Positions 19,069 through 28,020 of a DNA stretch of 45,791 nt are shown here, piece after piece (position 1 is the first letter of the stretch; each line of letters begins with the position of its first letter). This DNA comes from Eubacteriales bacterium (lineage in GTDB: Bacteria > Bacillota > Clostridia > Oscillospirales > CAG-272). The stretch lies in contig JAZQWA010000004.1 in assembly GCA_045632065.1 (NCBI GenBank), positions 1 to 45,791 of the forward strand. The letters run 5' to 3'. The notes beneath the pieces were generated by a model. It was not told the DNA's origin, did not search any database, and was given only the letters and a program-made list of their open reading frames with translations. The position numbers were made by a program, and so were the translations under genes.

Positions 19069-19899
19069 TTAAATCTCAAAACCAACAAGGAGTCCGCCCT
19101 GCTCTGCATAGAATGAGCAAAGACCGCCCGCGTGGTCGATTACCACCTCTGCCGAGGGTAATTTTTCAAGAATTTTAGTCCTCAAAAGCTCGGCTGATTG
19201 GAGATTGTTTGCGTGGTGAATACGCACCTTGCCGCCTGTGCAACCCTCTTTAATCATATCGGCTGTTATCTGAAGCGCGGTAGGAACTGCGCCTCTGGTT
19301 TTGCCTGTCATCTCAAGCGTGCCAACGTCGCTTGCGCGGCCTATGGCGCGGATACCAACGAGTCCTGCGAACTTTGCCGCGAGGGGACTTACTCTGCCGT
19401 TGTTTGCAAGGTTTATCATAGATTCAAGGGCGAAAATCAGCCTTGTGTGATTATGGTACTCAGTGATTTTCTCCTTAACCGTATCAAAATCATTGCCCTC
19501 GACTATCAAATCTCTGATTTTTTCAATCAAAAGAGCGTTTTCTGCGCCTGTGGAAAGGCTGTCAATAACGTGAACGCGTCTTTCGGGGTGCTCCTCCATG
19601 TAAGCCTTTGCCGCCATGGATGCCGAGTTAAAGCTGCCCGAAAGTCCGCTTGTAATGGTAATACAGAAAACCTCGTCTGCCTCGCCAAATGCATTGATAA
19701 ACTCCTGCATATTGGGACAGGATGAGCGTGACTTGCCCTTGTACTTCTGAAGGTCGGAAATCATACCAACAACGTCGAGGCTCTCGTCGTCGACGTATTC
19801 CTTCACGTCGGTGATTATTTTAAGCGGAACGCTCTCAAAGTCAACGCCCGAAACAGTTTTTATATCCGCTGATGAATCGGTAACTATCTTAAAGCTCAT
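19069..19899 (-). CDS. DegV family fatty-acid-binding protein
   Basis: Motifs KIVTDSSAD, ITITSGLSGSFNSA, VHVIDS and NLANNGRV. Confidence 0.93.
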   Translation of the reverse strand: MSFKIVTDSSADIKTVSGVDFESVPLKIITDVKEYVDDESLDVVGMISDLQKYKGKSRSSCPNMQEFINAFGEADEVFCITITSGLSGSFNSASMAAKAYMEEHPERRVHVIDSLSTGAENALLIEKIRDLIVEGNDFDTVKEKITEYHNHTRLIFALESMINLANNGRVSPLAAKFAGLVGIRAIGRASDVGTLEMTGKTRGAVPTALQITADMIKEGCTGGKVRIHHANNLQSAELLRTKILEKLPSAEVVIDHAGGLCSFYAEQGGLLVGFEI

Positions 19900-19941
19900 T
19901 GTTTTTTCCTCGCTAATTAGTCAAAAATATACAACTTTATA

Positions 19942-19970
19942 ATTATATCATAATTTACATTTTAAGTCAA
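19942..19970 (-). promoter_or_regulatory. sigma-A promoter for the degV-family gene
   Basis: TTGACT, 17 nt spacer, TGa-TATAAT. Confidence 0.65.
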
Positions 19971-19978
19971 GCTGTTAA

Positions 19979-20911
19979 TTATTTTTTTACAAGTCCTGCG
20001 CTGAGGTATCTCTCGCCGCCGTCGGGAAGAATTACCACGATATTTTTATCTCGGTTTTCCTCTCGCCCCGCAACCTCAATTGCTCCGCAGAGCGCAGCTC
20101 CCGAGGAAATTCCGACCAGAACACCCTCGGTCTTTGCAACGTTTCTTGCCATCTCAACCGCCCCCTCGTCAGAAACGGTTATAATTTCGTCATAGATTTC
20201 GGTGTTAAGAATTTCGGGCACAAAGCCTGCGCCTATGCCTGCGATTTTATGCGCTCCTGCCGACCCCCCCGACAAAACCGCGCTGGATGCAGGCTCTATG
20301 GCAACGATTTTGAGGTCAGGATTTTTCGATTTCAAAAATTCGCCCGTGCCTGTAATCGTACCGCCTGTGCCAACACCGCAAACGAGAACGTCTACTCTGC
20401 CCTGCATATCCTCGTAAATCTCGGGGCCTGTGGTGAGGCGGTGAGCATTTGGATTGGCATCGTTAACGAACTGTCCTGGGATAAATGCATTGGGAATTTC
20501 ACGGCGAAGCTCCTCCGCCTTAGCGATAGCGCCCGACATTCCCTTTTTTCCCTCGGTAAGCACAACCTCTGCGCCGTATGCTCTCATAAGAAGCTGACGC
20601 TCCACCGACATGTTGTCGGGCATTACGATTATCGCCCTCATGCCGTAGCCTGCGCAAAGCATAGCGAGACCGATGCCTGTATTTCCGCTGGTAGGCTCGA
20701 TAATTACCGATTTTTCGGTGATTTTTCCGCTCTCAAAAGCCTCCCTCAGCATATTTTGCGCAACTCTGTCCTTGATAGAGCCTGCGGGATTGAAATATTC
20801 CAATTTCGCAAAGATGTACCCCTCTGTTTTATTCAATTTTTCAAGGTTGTGAAGCTGTAAAATCGGGGTTTTGCCTATAAGCTCTCCAACGTTATGAAAT
20901 ACATTAGCCAT
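19979..20911 (-). CDS. cysK: Cysteine synthase A
   Basis: PLP-lysine motif KLEYFNPAGSIKDR, IEPTSGNTGIGLA, GVGTGGT and PDGGERYLS. Confidence 0.95.
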   Translation of the reverse strand: MANVFHNVGELIGKTPILQLHNLEKLNKTEGYIFAKLEYFNPAGSIKDRVAQNMLREAFESGKITEKSVIIEPTSGNTGIGLAMLCAGYGMRAIIVMPDNMSVERQLLMRAYGAEVVLTEGKKGMSGAIAKAEELRREIPNAFIPGQFVNDANPNAHRLTTGPEIYEDMQGRVDVLVCGVGTGGTITGTGEFLKSKNPDLKIVAIEPASSAVLSGGSAGAHKIAGIGAGFVPEILNTEIYDEIITVSDEGAVEMARNVAKTEGVLVGISSGAALCGAIEVAGREENRDKNIVVILPDGGERYLSAGLVKK

Positions 20912-21003
20912 AAATCAGCCCTCGCTAATATTTTTTATTATTTTAACATATATTTTACCCAAAATCAACATTTCTTTGTCGAGTAAAAACTTTTTGTGTA
21001 AAA

Positions 21004-21054
21004 ACACAATATGTGCCATTTTTCTCTTGACAATAAAACAATATATGGTATAAT
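21004..21054 (+). promoter_or_regulatory. nrdD promoter with two NrdR boxes
   Basis: TTGACA (21027-21032), 16 nt spacer, TATAAT (21049-21054). Boxes ACACAATATGTGCCAT (21004-21019) and AAACAATATATGGTAT (21036-21051) resemble acaCwAtATaTwGtgt and start 32 bp apart. Confidence 0.75.
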
Positions 21055-21090
21055 ATATAATACACATCACTTTAGAACAGGATTAAAGCA

Positions 21091-23265
21091 ATGAAAATAA
21101 TCAAACGAAACGGCTCGGAGGCCGTTTTTAACTCTGATAAAATATTCTCTGCGGTAAAGAAGGCAAACGAGGCGGTAGAGCCTGCCGACAGAATAGCCTG
21201 CGAGGATATAGAAAAAATCACCTCGCGCGTCAGCGAAAAGTGCCAGTCCCTCGGCCGTCCCGCAGGCGTTGAAGAGGTGCAGGATATGGTGGAAAGAGAG
21301 ATTATGGCGCTCGGCGCATTCACTCTTGCGAAGACCTATATCACCTATCGCTACACACGTGAGCTTGTAAGAAAATCCAACACCACCGACGACAGAATTA
21401 TGTCGCTTATCGAGTGCAACAACGAGGAGGTTAAGGAGGAGAACGCCAACAAGAACCCCACCGTAAACAGCGTACAGCGAGATTACATGGCAGGCGAGGT
21501 GTCAAAGGATATTACCAACCGTATTCTTCTCCCCCGCGAAATCGTAAAGGCGCACGAGGAGGGTATAATCCACTTCCACGATGCAGATTATTTCGCCCAG
21601 CATATGCACAACTGCGACCTTGTCAACCTTGAGGACATGCTTCAGAACGGCACGGTTATCAGCGGTACTATGATTGAGAAGCCACACAGCTTCTCCACCG
21701 CCTGCAATATTGCAACTCAGATTATCGCTCAGGTTGCGTCTAACCAATACGGCGGTCAGTCCATAAGCCTTACGCACCTTGCGCCATTTGTCAACATCAG
21801 CAGAAAGAAAATCAGAAAGAGCGTAGAGCAGGAAATGCAGAGCATTGGCATACAGTGCGACGAGGAGCAGATTGCAACTCTCACCGAGTCGAGACTCCGC
21901 GCTGAAATCAACCGTGGAGTACAGTGCATACAGTACCAGGTCGTAACCCTGCTTACCACCAACGGACAGGCTCCCTTTATCACTGTATTTATGTATCTTG
22001 GCGAGGCAAAGGACGAGCAGACCTGTCACGACCTTGCTATGATTATCGAGGAGGTGCTCGAGCAGCGTATTCAGGGTGTTAAAAATGAGGCTGGCGTGTG
22101 GATTACACCTGCCTTCCCCAAGCTCATTTACGTGCTTGAGGAGGACAACGTTCATCCCGACTCAAAATATTATTACCTCACAAGGCTTGCGGCAAAATGC
22201 ACCGCAAAGCGCATGGTTCCCGACTATATTTCCGAAAAAATTATGCTTCAGAACAAGATAGACAAGAACGGTGACGGTCAGTGCTACACCTGTATGGGCT
22301 GTCGCTCATTCCTGACTCCCTATCTTGACGAAAACGGCAAGCCCAAGTACTACGGCAGATTCAATCAGGGCGTGGTTACGGTAAATCTCGTTGATATTGC
22401 CCTTTCTGCAAACGGAGATATGGATAAATTCCGCGAAATCTTCAACGAGCGTATGGAGCTTTGCCACAGAGCGCTCCGCTGCCGTCACGAGCGACTGCTC
22501 GGCACTCTTTCCGACGCTGCGCCTATTCTCTGGCAGTACGGCGCGCTGACAAGGCTGAAAAAGGGTGAAACAATTGACAAATACCTCTTTGGCGGTTATT
22601 CTACCCTTTCTCTCGGCTATGCGGGACTCTGGGAGTGCGTTATGGCGCTTTCGGGCAAGAAGCTTACCGAGTCCGAGGGCGAGGCTTTAGGTCTTGAAAT
22701 TATGAAGATGCTCAACTCCTACACTGCAAAGTGGAAGGCTGCGGAAAATATTGATTACTCGCTCTACGGCACACCCCTTGAAAGCACAACGTACAAGTTT
22801 GCAAAGTGTCTGCAAAAGAGGTTCGGCATCGTAGAGGGCGTAACCGACAGAAGCTATATTACCAATTCCTACCACGTACACGTTACCGAGGAAATTGACG
22901 CCTTTGAGAAGCTCGCTCTTGAAGCGAAATTCCAGGCGCTCTCCCCCGGCGGAGCAATCTCCTACGTTGAGGTGCCCGATATGCAGAACAATATCGAGGC
23001 TGTGCTTGACGTGATGAGATTCATCTACGATAACATTATGTACGCCGAGCTGAACACCAAGAGCGACTACTGTCAGGTGTGCGGCTTCGACGGTGAAATT
23101 CAGATTGAAAAGGCAGAGGGCAAGCTCGTGTGGGAGTGTCCCAACTGTCATAACCGCGACCAGAGCAAGATGAACGTTGCCAGAAGAACCTGCGGTTACA
23201 TAGGCACTCAATATTGGAATCAGGGCAGAACAAGCGAGATAAAAGACAGAGTTCTGCATCTATAA
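21091..23265 (+). CDS. nrdD: Anaerobic ribonucleoside-triphosphate reductase (class III) with N-terminal ATP cone
   Basis: ATP cone (MKIIKRNG), MGCRSFL, GRFNQGVVT, Zn motif CQVC...CPNC, glycyl-radical motif RRTCGYIG. Confidence 0.97.
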   Translation: MKIIKRNGSEAVFNSDKIFSAVKKANEAVEPADRIACEDIEKITSRVSEKCQSLGRPAGVEEVQDMVEREIMALGAFTLAKTYITYRYTRELVRKSNTTDDRIMSLIECNNEEVKEENANKNPTVNSVQRDYMAGEVSKDITNRILLPREIVKAHEEGIIHFHDADYFAQHMHNCDLVNLEDMLQNGTVISGTMIEKPHSFSTACNIATQIIAQVASNQYGGQSISLTHLAPFVNISRKKIRKSVEQEMQSIGIQCDEEQIATLTESRLRAEINRGVQCIQYQVVTLLTTNGQAPFITVFMYLGEAKDEQTCHDLAMIIEEVLEQRIQGVKNEAGVWITPAFPKLIYVLEEDNVHPDSKYYYLTRLAAKCTAKRMVPDYISEKIMLQNKIDKNGDGQCYTCMGCRSFLTPYLDENGKPKYYGRFNQGVVTVNLVDIALSANGDMDKFREIFNERMELCHRALRCRHERLLGTLSDAAPILWQYGALTRLKKGETIDKYLFGGYSTLSLGYAGLWECVMALSGKKLTESEGEALGLEIMKMLNSYTAKWKAAENIDYSLYGTPLESTTYKFAKCLQKRFGIVEGVTDRSYITNSYHVHVTEEIDAFEKLALEAKFQALSPGGAISYVEVPDMQNNIEAVLDVMRFIYDNIMYAELNTKSDYCQVCGFDGEIQIEKAEGKLVWECPNCHNRDQSKMNVARRTCGYIGTQYWNQGRTSEIKDRVLHL

Positions 23266-23323
23266 ACCGATTTTCTGCGCATTATAACCGTTATAAGACA
23301 ACTTTGATTTACATTTTATGAAA

Positions 23324-23356
23324 AAAAGCTCCCTGCTTCACAAGGCGGGAGCTTTT
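23324..23356. terminator. Bidirectional terminator between nrdD and the small ORF
   Basis: AAAAGCTCCC...GGGAGCTTTT inverted repeat with A/T tails on both sides. Confidence 0.75.
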
Positions 23357-23377
23357 CAAACGCTCGAATTTTTGCGT

Positions 23378-23542
23378 CTAATCCTTGACATCCTTCATTA
23401 CATCTGTCACGCATTTCATCTTTTCCTTAAAGAACTTCTTTGTTTTCTTGGTTATGCTCACCACCCCCGCCGTAGCGAGACTGAAAACCGCAAGAGATGC
23501 GTAAGGATGTCGCATCATTCGCCCTTTTTTGTTGTTTAGCAT
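23378..23542 (-). CDS. Small basic protein (54 aa) with one hydrophobic segment
   Basis: Manual translation MLNNKKGRMMRHPYASLAVFSLATAGVVSITKKTKKFFKEKMKCVTDVMKDVKD*. Strong RBS AAGGAG 7 nt upstream. Ends just before the bidirectional terminator. Confidence 0.7.
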   Translation of the reverse strand: MLNNKKGRMMRHPYASLAVFSLATAGVVSITKKTKKFFKEKMKCVTDVMKDVKD

Positions 23543-23605
23543 ATAAATTCTCCTTTTTTTGAGGTAATATTAGTTTTACCGCAAAATTAAAAATTATTTA
23601 TATGA

Positions 23606-23634
23606 TTGACAAAACTTTAATATTGTTGTAAAAT
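23606..23634 (+). promoter_or_regulatory. sigma-A promoter for the Sel1-repeat gene
   Basis: TTGACA (23606-23611), 17 nt spacer, TAAAAT (23629-23634). Confidence 0.6.
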
Positions 23635-23721
23635 TATATTGAAAAAGCATTTATTTCCTAAAATTCAAAAAAGACATTAACCACACGCTTCTCCCAGGAA
23701 GCCGAAAGGATTTTTTAAAAA

Positions 23722-25470
23722 ATGATTTATTGCAAGAAATGCCGAAGCGAAAATACCTCATACGAGCCCTTCTGTCAGAAGTGCGGCGCTCTCTTTGAGC
23801 TTGACAGTAATGAAACTGACGCCCTGTTAAGAGAAGCGGCAGACAATATGAAATCGGGAAGCTACCGCCGCGCAGTTGAGCTGTATAAGTTCCTCGCAGG
23901 CATTGGAGTTACCGAGGGCGAGAGAGAATTTGCGCTTATTTTGGAGCGAGGACTGCTTGTACCCCGCAATATTGAGGTTGCATCCGCCTTCTTCGGCTCT
24001 GCGGCAAAGAAGGGTGATACCCTCTCGGCATATAAATATTCCACATTGCTTGTTGGAAATGAAAAAATTGCGGAGTTCTGGCTGGCATATGCCGCTCTGC
24101 AGGGTTGCAAGGACGCGTATTCCGATGCATTCAACCTCTACACGAAGCTTCGCGACAAGGAAACCGCCGCTTACTACTGCAACATTCTTGCCGAGGACGG
24201 CGACGTTGATGCAATTATTGAGATGGCTCGCCGACATCTTTACGGTGACGGTGTCGAGCAGAGCGAGGCGAATGCCAGATGGTATTTTGAGAAGCTTGAG
24301 CGCGCTCCCTTGCACGCTGTGAAGCTTTACAGACGCTTGCAGGCAATTGAGGACGAGGCAAAGGAGCCGAAGCGCCCCGAATTTACCTCCAAAATGAAAA
24401 TTATGCAGAAGCTTATTGCCGATGCAAGAAAATTCGGCTACAACAAGGTGCTTCTCTTGTTGGCGAAGGACTTTGCCGAGGCTGGCTCAATTGATGCGTC
24501 TATACATATCGCCTGTCTGCACATTGACGGCATTGAATTTGAAAAGAACGTCGAGCTTGGCATCTCTCTTTTAGAGGATGCGGTGGCAAAGGGCTCGGTA
24601 AGAGGCGCAAAGCTTCTTGGCGACATCTATGCCGAGGGACGTCAGGTTGATAAGGACAACCGCCTTGCCGCGCGTTATTACAGAAAGGCGGCAGAGCTTG
24701 GCGGCGATGGCGAATACGAGAGCCTCGGTGACGTTTTCTATAACGGAAGCGTTGAGGAGTCCGATTACGCTATGGCGCTTTGGCTTTACGAGAAGGGCGA
24801 GGCAGAGGGCGACGTTGGTTGTCGCGCCAAGGCCCGCGCAATGCGCAAGGAGCGTGAGGACAACTATATAGAGGGCTGTAAAATAGAAAAAACCTCTCCC
24901 GAGGAGGCTTTTGAGTACTTCAGAAAGTCGGTTACGGCAGGTTATCTGCCCGCCAACGCAAGAATCGGCTGGTATTATGAAAGAGGTATTGGCACGAAGG
25001 TTAATCGCAAGGCGGCATTTACTCATTACAAGGTGGCTTACGAGGCAAGCGACAAGCGCGCGATAGAGAGCCTCGGCAGATGCTACGCCAGAGGAATCGG
25101 AACTGCATTCGACTTCAAGAAGGCGGCGGAGCTTCTCAGCAAGGCAAAGGAAATGGGCTCTTACAGCGCAGACCGCGAGCTTTACCGCATTTACGAGAAC
25201 AAAAGACGTCATATGATACGCTCGCTTTACTCTACGGCTATGCGGCTTTACTACAACAAAAAGTTCGAGGCTGCAAGAGAGATGCTTGAGACCTGTATGC
25301 GACTGGGTGTGCCTGATGCGACCTACGCTATCGGTTGCCTTTACGAATTCGGCATTACCACCGCACCCGACAGAAAAATCGCTCTGCGCTTCTACAAAAA
25401 AGCGTACAGCGAGGGTTATAGCGACCCCGTTCAAGCGCACAAGCAGATAATGCTGAAGATGTCTAAATAA
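23722..25470 (+). CDS. Sel1-like repeat protein with N-terminal zinc ribbon
   Basis: N-terminal CKKC...CQKC. Repeats such as LGDIYAEGRQVDKDNRLAARYYRKAAELG and IGWYYERGIGTKVNRKAAFTHY. Confidence 0.88.
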   Translation: MIYCKKCRSENTSYEPFCQKCGALFELDSNETDALLREAADNMKSGSYRRAVELYKFLAGIGVTEGEREFALILERGLLVPRNIEVASAFFGSAAKKGDTLSAYKYSTLLVGNEKIAEFWLAYAALQGCKDAYSDAFNLYTKLRDKETAAYYCNILAEDGDVDAIIEMARRHLYGDGVEQSEANARWYFEKLERAPLHAVKLYRRLQAIEDEAKEPKRPEFTSKMKIMQKLIADARKFGYNKVLLLLAKDFAEAGSIDASIHIACLHIDGIEFEKNVELGISLLEDAVAKGSVRGAKLLGDIYAEGRQVDKDNRLAARYYRKAAELGGDGEYESLGDVFYNGSVEESDYAMALWLYEKGEAEGDVGCRAKARAMRKEREDNYIEGCKIEKTSPEEAFEYFRKSVTAGYLPANARIGWYYERGIGTKVNRKAAFTHYKVAYEASDKRAIESLGRCYARGIGTAFDFKKAAELLSKAKEMGSYSADRELYRIYENKRRHMIRSLYSTAMRLYYNKKFEAAREMLETCMRLGVPDATYAIGCLYEFGITTAPDRKIALRFYKKAYSEGYSDPVQAHKQIMLKMSK

Positions 25471-25491
25471 GCTATATATTATATATAATGT

Positions 25492-25521
25492 AAAAAACCG
25501 ACTCGATTGAGTCGGTTTTTT
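25492..25521. terminator. Bidirectional terminator between convergent genes
   Basis: Perfect AAAAAACCGACTC-gatt-GAGTCGGTTTTTT. Confidence 0.88.
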
Positions 25522-25537
25522 GCTTTGTGCGGTATCG

Positions 25538-25704
25538 GAAAGCCTCAGCTTTCGTTCTTACCAAATATACTCCGGATAATGAATAGTTAGATTTGAGTAA
25601 GAACCGCCGCTTGCGACCGAAGGCGTAGTTACCTACGTCGAGAGTGAAGCAAACGGCGTTAGAAAGCATTAGCTTTCGTTCTTACCAAATATAACATTCA
25701 TTAT
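25538..25704 (+). repeat. Structured intergenic element, copy C (25576-25704), plus an upstream duplicated 3' fragment
   Basis: Stems ATAATGAAT/ATTCATTAT, AGATTTG/CAAATAT, GTAAGAAC/GTTCTTAC and CGCCGCTTGC/GCAAACGGCG. Core GAAGGCGTAG-ttac-CTACGTCGA (25619-25641). Side hairpin GAAAGC..GCTTTC. 23-bp direct repeat AGCTTTCGTTCTTACCAAATATA at 25547-25569 and 25671-25693. Confidence 0.8.
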
Positions 25705-27464
25705 TTGTATTTTTCAAAGTAGGCGCTTGTATCCTCAAGCGTGGTAACCTTGGGCCAGCCCTTGATTATCTCAAAGAGGGTGGTGTAATAGGTTCTCTCG
25801 GTGAAGAAGGTCTCGTCATACTGCTCAAAGAGCTCGTATCTGCGCTCAAGCACGTACTGCTCAAACTCTTCGTCGGTGAAGTCCTCTCTGGTCTTCTTCT
25901 CAACCTGGGCAAGATGCTGATTTACGTACTCGTCGAGATAATCCTTTACGGTTTGCTCATACTTTGCGTTGAATTCTTCCTCGGAAAGCTCAATATTCTC
26001 AAGCTCCATAACGTAGAAGAGAATCATTCTCTCCTGAACCATGCTCTGCGCCATGCCTGTGAGATATTCGCGCCAGCTGTAGTTTGCGGGAAGTCCGAGA
26101 TATGCGCATGCGAAGGATTCAAGGTCGGAATAGGTCTTGTTCTGACCGTAGCTATCCTGAAGCGTACCGCCTGTGTAGCTGAACTGATACTCAACGTCTG
26201 CAAGGTATTCCTTATAAATAGCCTCAACCTTTGCCAATGGGTACTTCTTAACGTTTACAATCTTGCGGTAGTAACTCCAGATGGCATTCTCGAGAATTTC
26301 CTCGTATTCCTCATCATAAATCTTCTTTATGGTTTCGGTAGCGTAAGCATCGTATTTTTCAACAAGGGTTGCGCCCTCGTACTTGTTAAGAAGCTCTGCG
26401 GTAATTACATTTTCCTCATCGTCGATAAGCTTCTGAACGAAAGCGTCATCGAACTCGTCGTACTCGTAAAGCACTGCGCTCTCTACGTATACCTCAAAGT
26501 ATGCCTTTTCGTTACGAAGATTTGCAGTTTTGTAGTCGTAGGGGAAGTAGGTTTCAACAACGATAGGACCTTTTTCGGGATTGTTCTCGCAAGTAGTAAC
26601 AAAGTTTACGGTAACCTTGGTGTAATCGAACTCGTTATCACCCTTAGTAACGGTGATTTTGTCATTCTTTTCGCCTATCTTCATACCCGAAATTTTGTCA
26701 TAGAAGCCTACGCCGAAGTTCTTATCTACGTTTTCCTCAGAGGACATATCGATTCTTATGCCCTTCTGCTCAACGTCCTTGCCGTTCTGCTGGGTAGTAA
26801 AGGTTACGTACGCAACTGCGTTTTCATAATCCTCGACTTTGCCTATGGTGATTTTCTCAAACTTTGCATAGTCATCAGGCTTCTTGCCAACGAGGTTAAG
26901 CTCAAAGCCGGGAATAAGGGCAGACGAGCCGATTTCAAGGCTCTGCGCAGCTGCGCCTGTGAAGTTGCTCATACCCGGAACATCAACCTTCTCGCCCGTT
27001 GTGGGGTCCACGAGATAACCTCTGTACCAGATCTTAAGCTCTGCGCCGGGGGTAATGGTATATCCGCTGACTACCGATGCTCCGCCGTGCTTTGCTTCAC
27101 CCTTGTTGGTTGCCTGCAAATTAAGCTTTGCAACCGCAAGGTCGATAGGCTTCATAGGAGCGAAGTCTATATCAACTGTAAAGTTCTTATGATCCTGTGT
27201 GAATTCAATATACTTTGAGAGGTTGGACTTCTCGTAATCAAAGCCCTCATCTCTTACAATATATCTGATAAGAGCGATAAGACCGCCAACTGCCAATATT
27301 GCCACAAGAGCAATTGCGGTGATAACTATTGCAAGATTTTTCTCGGAGAAGAGCTTTTTAATGCCCTTTACCTCTTCGTCCTTCTTTGCAACAGGCTTTT
27401 TCACCTCAGGCTTCTTTACGTTAGCCTTCTTGGTGTTTGTATTTTTGTTTTTATTGTTGCTCAT
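25701..27464 (-). CDS. Membrane-anchored trigger-factor-like FKBP-type PPIase/chaperone
   Basis: Basic N-terminus plus TM helix. FKBP motifs KIWYRGYL and LEIGSSALIPGFELNLVGK. Trigger-factor-like FPYDYKTANLRNEKAYFEVYV..EFDDAFV and a helical C-domain. No GFRxGxxP ribosome-binding motif. Confidence 0.8.
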   Translation of the reverse strand: MSNNKNKNTNTKKANVKKPEVKKPVAKKDEEVKGIKKLFSEKNLAIVITAIALVAILAVGGLIALIRYIVRDEGFDYEKSNLSKYIEFTQDHKNFTVDIDFAPMKPIDLAVAKLNLQATNKGEAKHGGASVVSGYTITPGAELKIWYRGYLVDPTTGEKVDVPGMSNFTGAAAQSLEIGSSALIPGFELNLVGKKPDDYAKFEKITIGKVEDYENAVAYVTFTTQQNGKDVEQKGIRIDMSSEENVDKNFGVGFYDKISGMKIGEKNDKITVTKGDNEFDYTKVTVNFVTTCENNPEKGPIVVETYFPYDYKTANLRNEKAYFEVYVESAVLYEYDEFDDAFVQKLIDDEENVITAELLNKYEGATLVEKYDAYATETIKKIYDEEYEEILENAIWSYYRKIVNVKKYPLAKVEAIYKEYLADVEYQFSYTGGTLQDSYGQNKTYSDLESFACAYLGLPANYSWREYLTGMAQSMVQERMILFYVMELENIELSEEEFNAKYEQTVKDYLDEYVNQHLAQVEKKTREDFTDEEFEQYVLERRYELFEQYDETFFTERTYYTTLFEIIKGWPKVTTLEDTSAYFEKYK

Positions 27465-27494
27465 AGGTTAGAAAACCTTTCTTTTCTAAATCTT

Positions 27495-27929
27495 TTATTC
27501 AAAAGAGTCTGCAAAGGCTGTTGCAAGCCTGTCGCACCTCTCGTTATAGCTATGTCCATCGTGTCCCTTTACCCAAACGAACTCAACCGTGTGGGTTTCG
27601 GTAAGAGAGTAAAGCTTTTCCCACAAATCAGGGTTCTTCAGCGCCTCTCGTCCACGTCTCCAGCCCGCCGCGCGCCAGGATTCAACCCAGCCCTGTAAAT
27701 AAGCGTCAACCAGATATTTCGAATCCGAATAAAGAGTTACCTCGCAGGGCTCTCTCAGAGCCGAGAGCCCCTCGATAGCCGCAGTAAGCTCCATACGGTT
27801 GTTGGTGGTCTCCCTCTCGCCGCCCGAAAGCTCCTTTTCAAACTTTCCGTATACGAGAATTGCGCCCCAACCGCCCTTGCCGGGATTTCCTCGACAGGCT
27901 CCGTCGGTGTAAATCTGTACTTTTTTCAT
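27495..27929 (-). CDS. rnhA: Ribonuclease HI
   Basis: Motifs [32 protein letters not shown] and WVKGH..NERCD. Confidence 0.97.
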   Translation of the reverse strand: MKKVQIYTDGACRGNPGKGGWGAILVYGKFEKELSGGERETTNNRMELTAAIEGLSALREPCEVTLYSDSKYLVDAYLQGWVESWRAAGWRRGREALKNPDLWEKLYSLTETHTVEFVWVKGHDGHSYNERCDRLATAFADSFE

Positions 27930-27949
27930 TTTTACCCTATATTTTAAAG

Positions 27950-27977
27950 AAAACGGGCGAAGATTTTCGCCCGTTTT
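27950..27977 (-). terminator. Terminator after the lipoprotein gene
   Basis: AAAACGGGCGAA-gatt-TTCGCCCGTTTT. Confidence 0.75.
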
Positions 27978-28020
27978 TCATTTTGTCATCATTCTGCAGG
28001 ACGGCAGAATTTACATATAA

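Noticed and set aside
23318-23539. 73-aa plus-strand ORF after nrdD
   Set aside because: It starts inside the terminator region with no RBS. The opposite-strand 54-aa ORF has a strong RBS.
25547-25693. 23-bp direct repeat as a CRISPR array
   Set aside because: Only two units, a 101-nt structured spacer and no cas genes. Better explained as part of the dispersed element.
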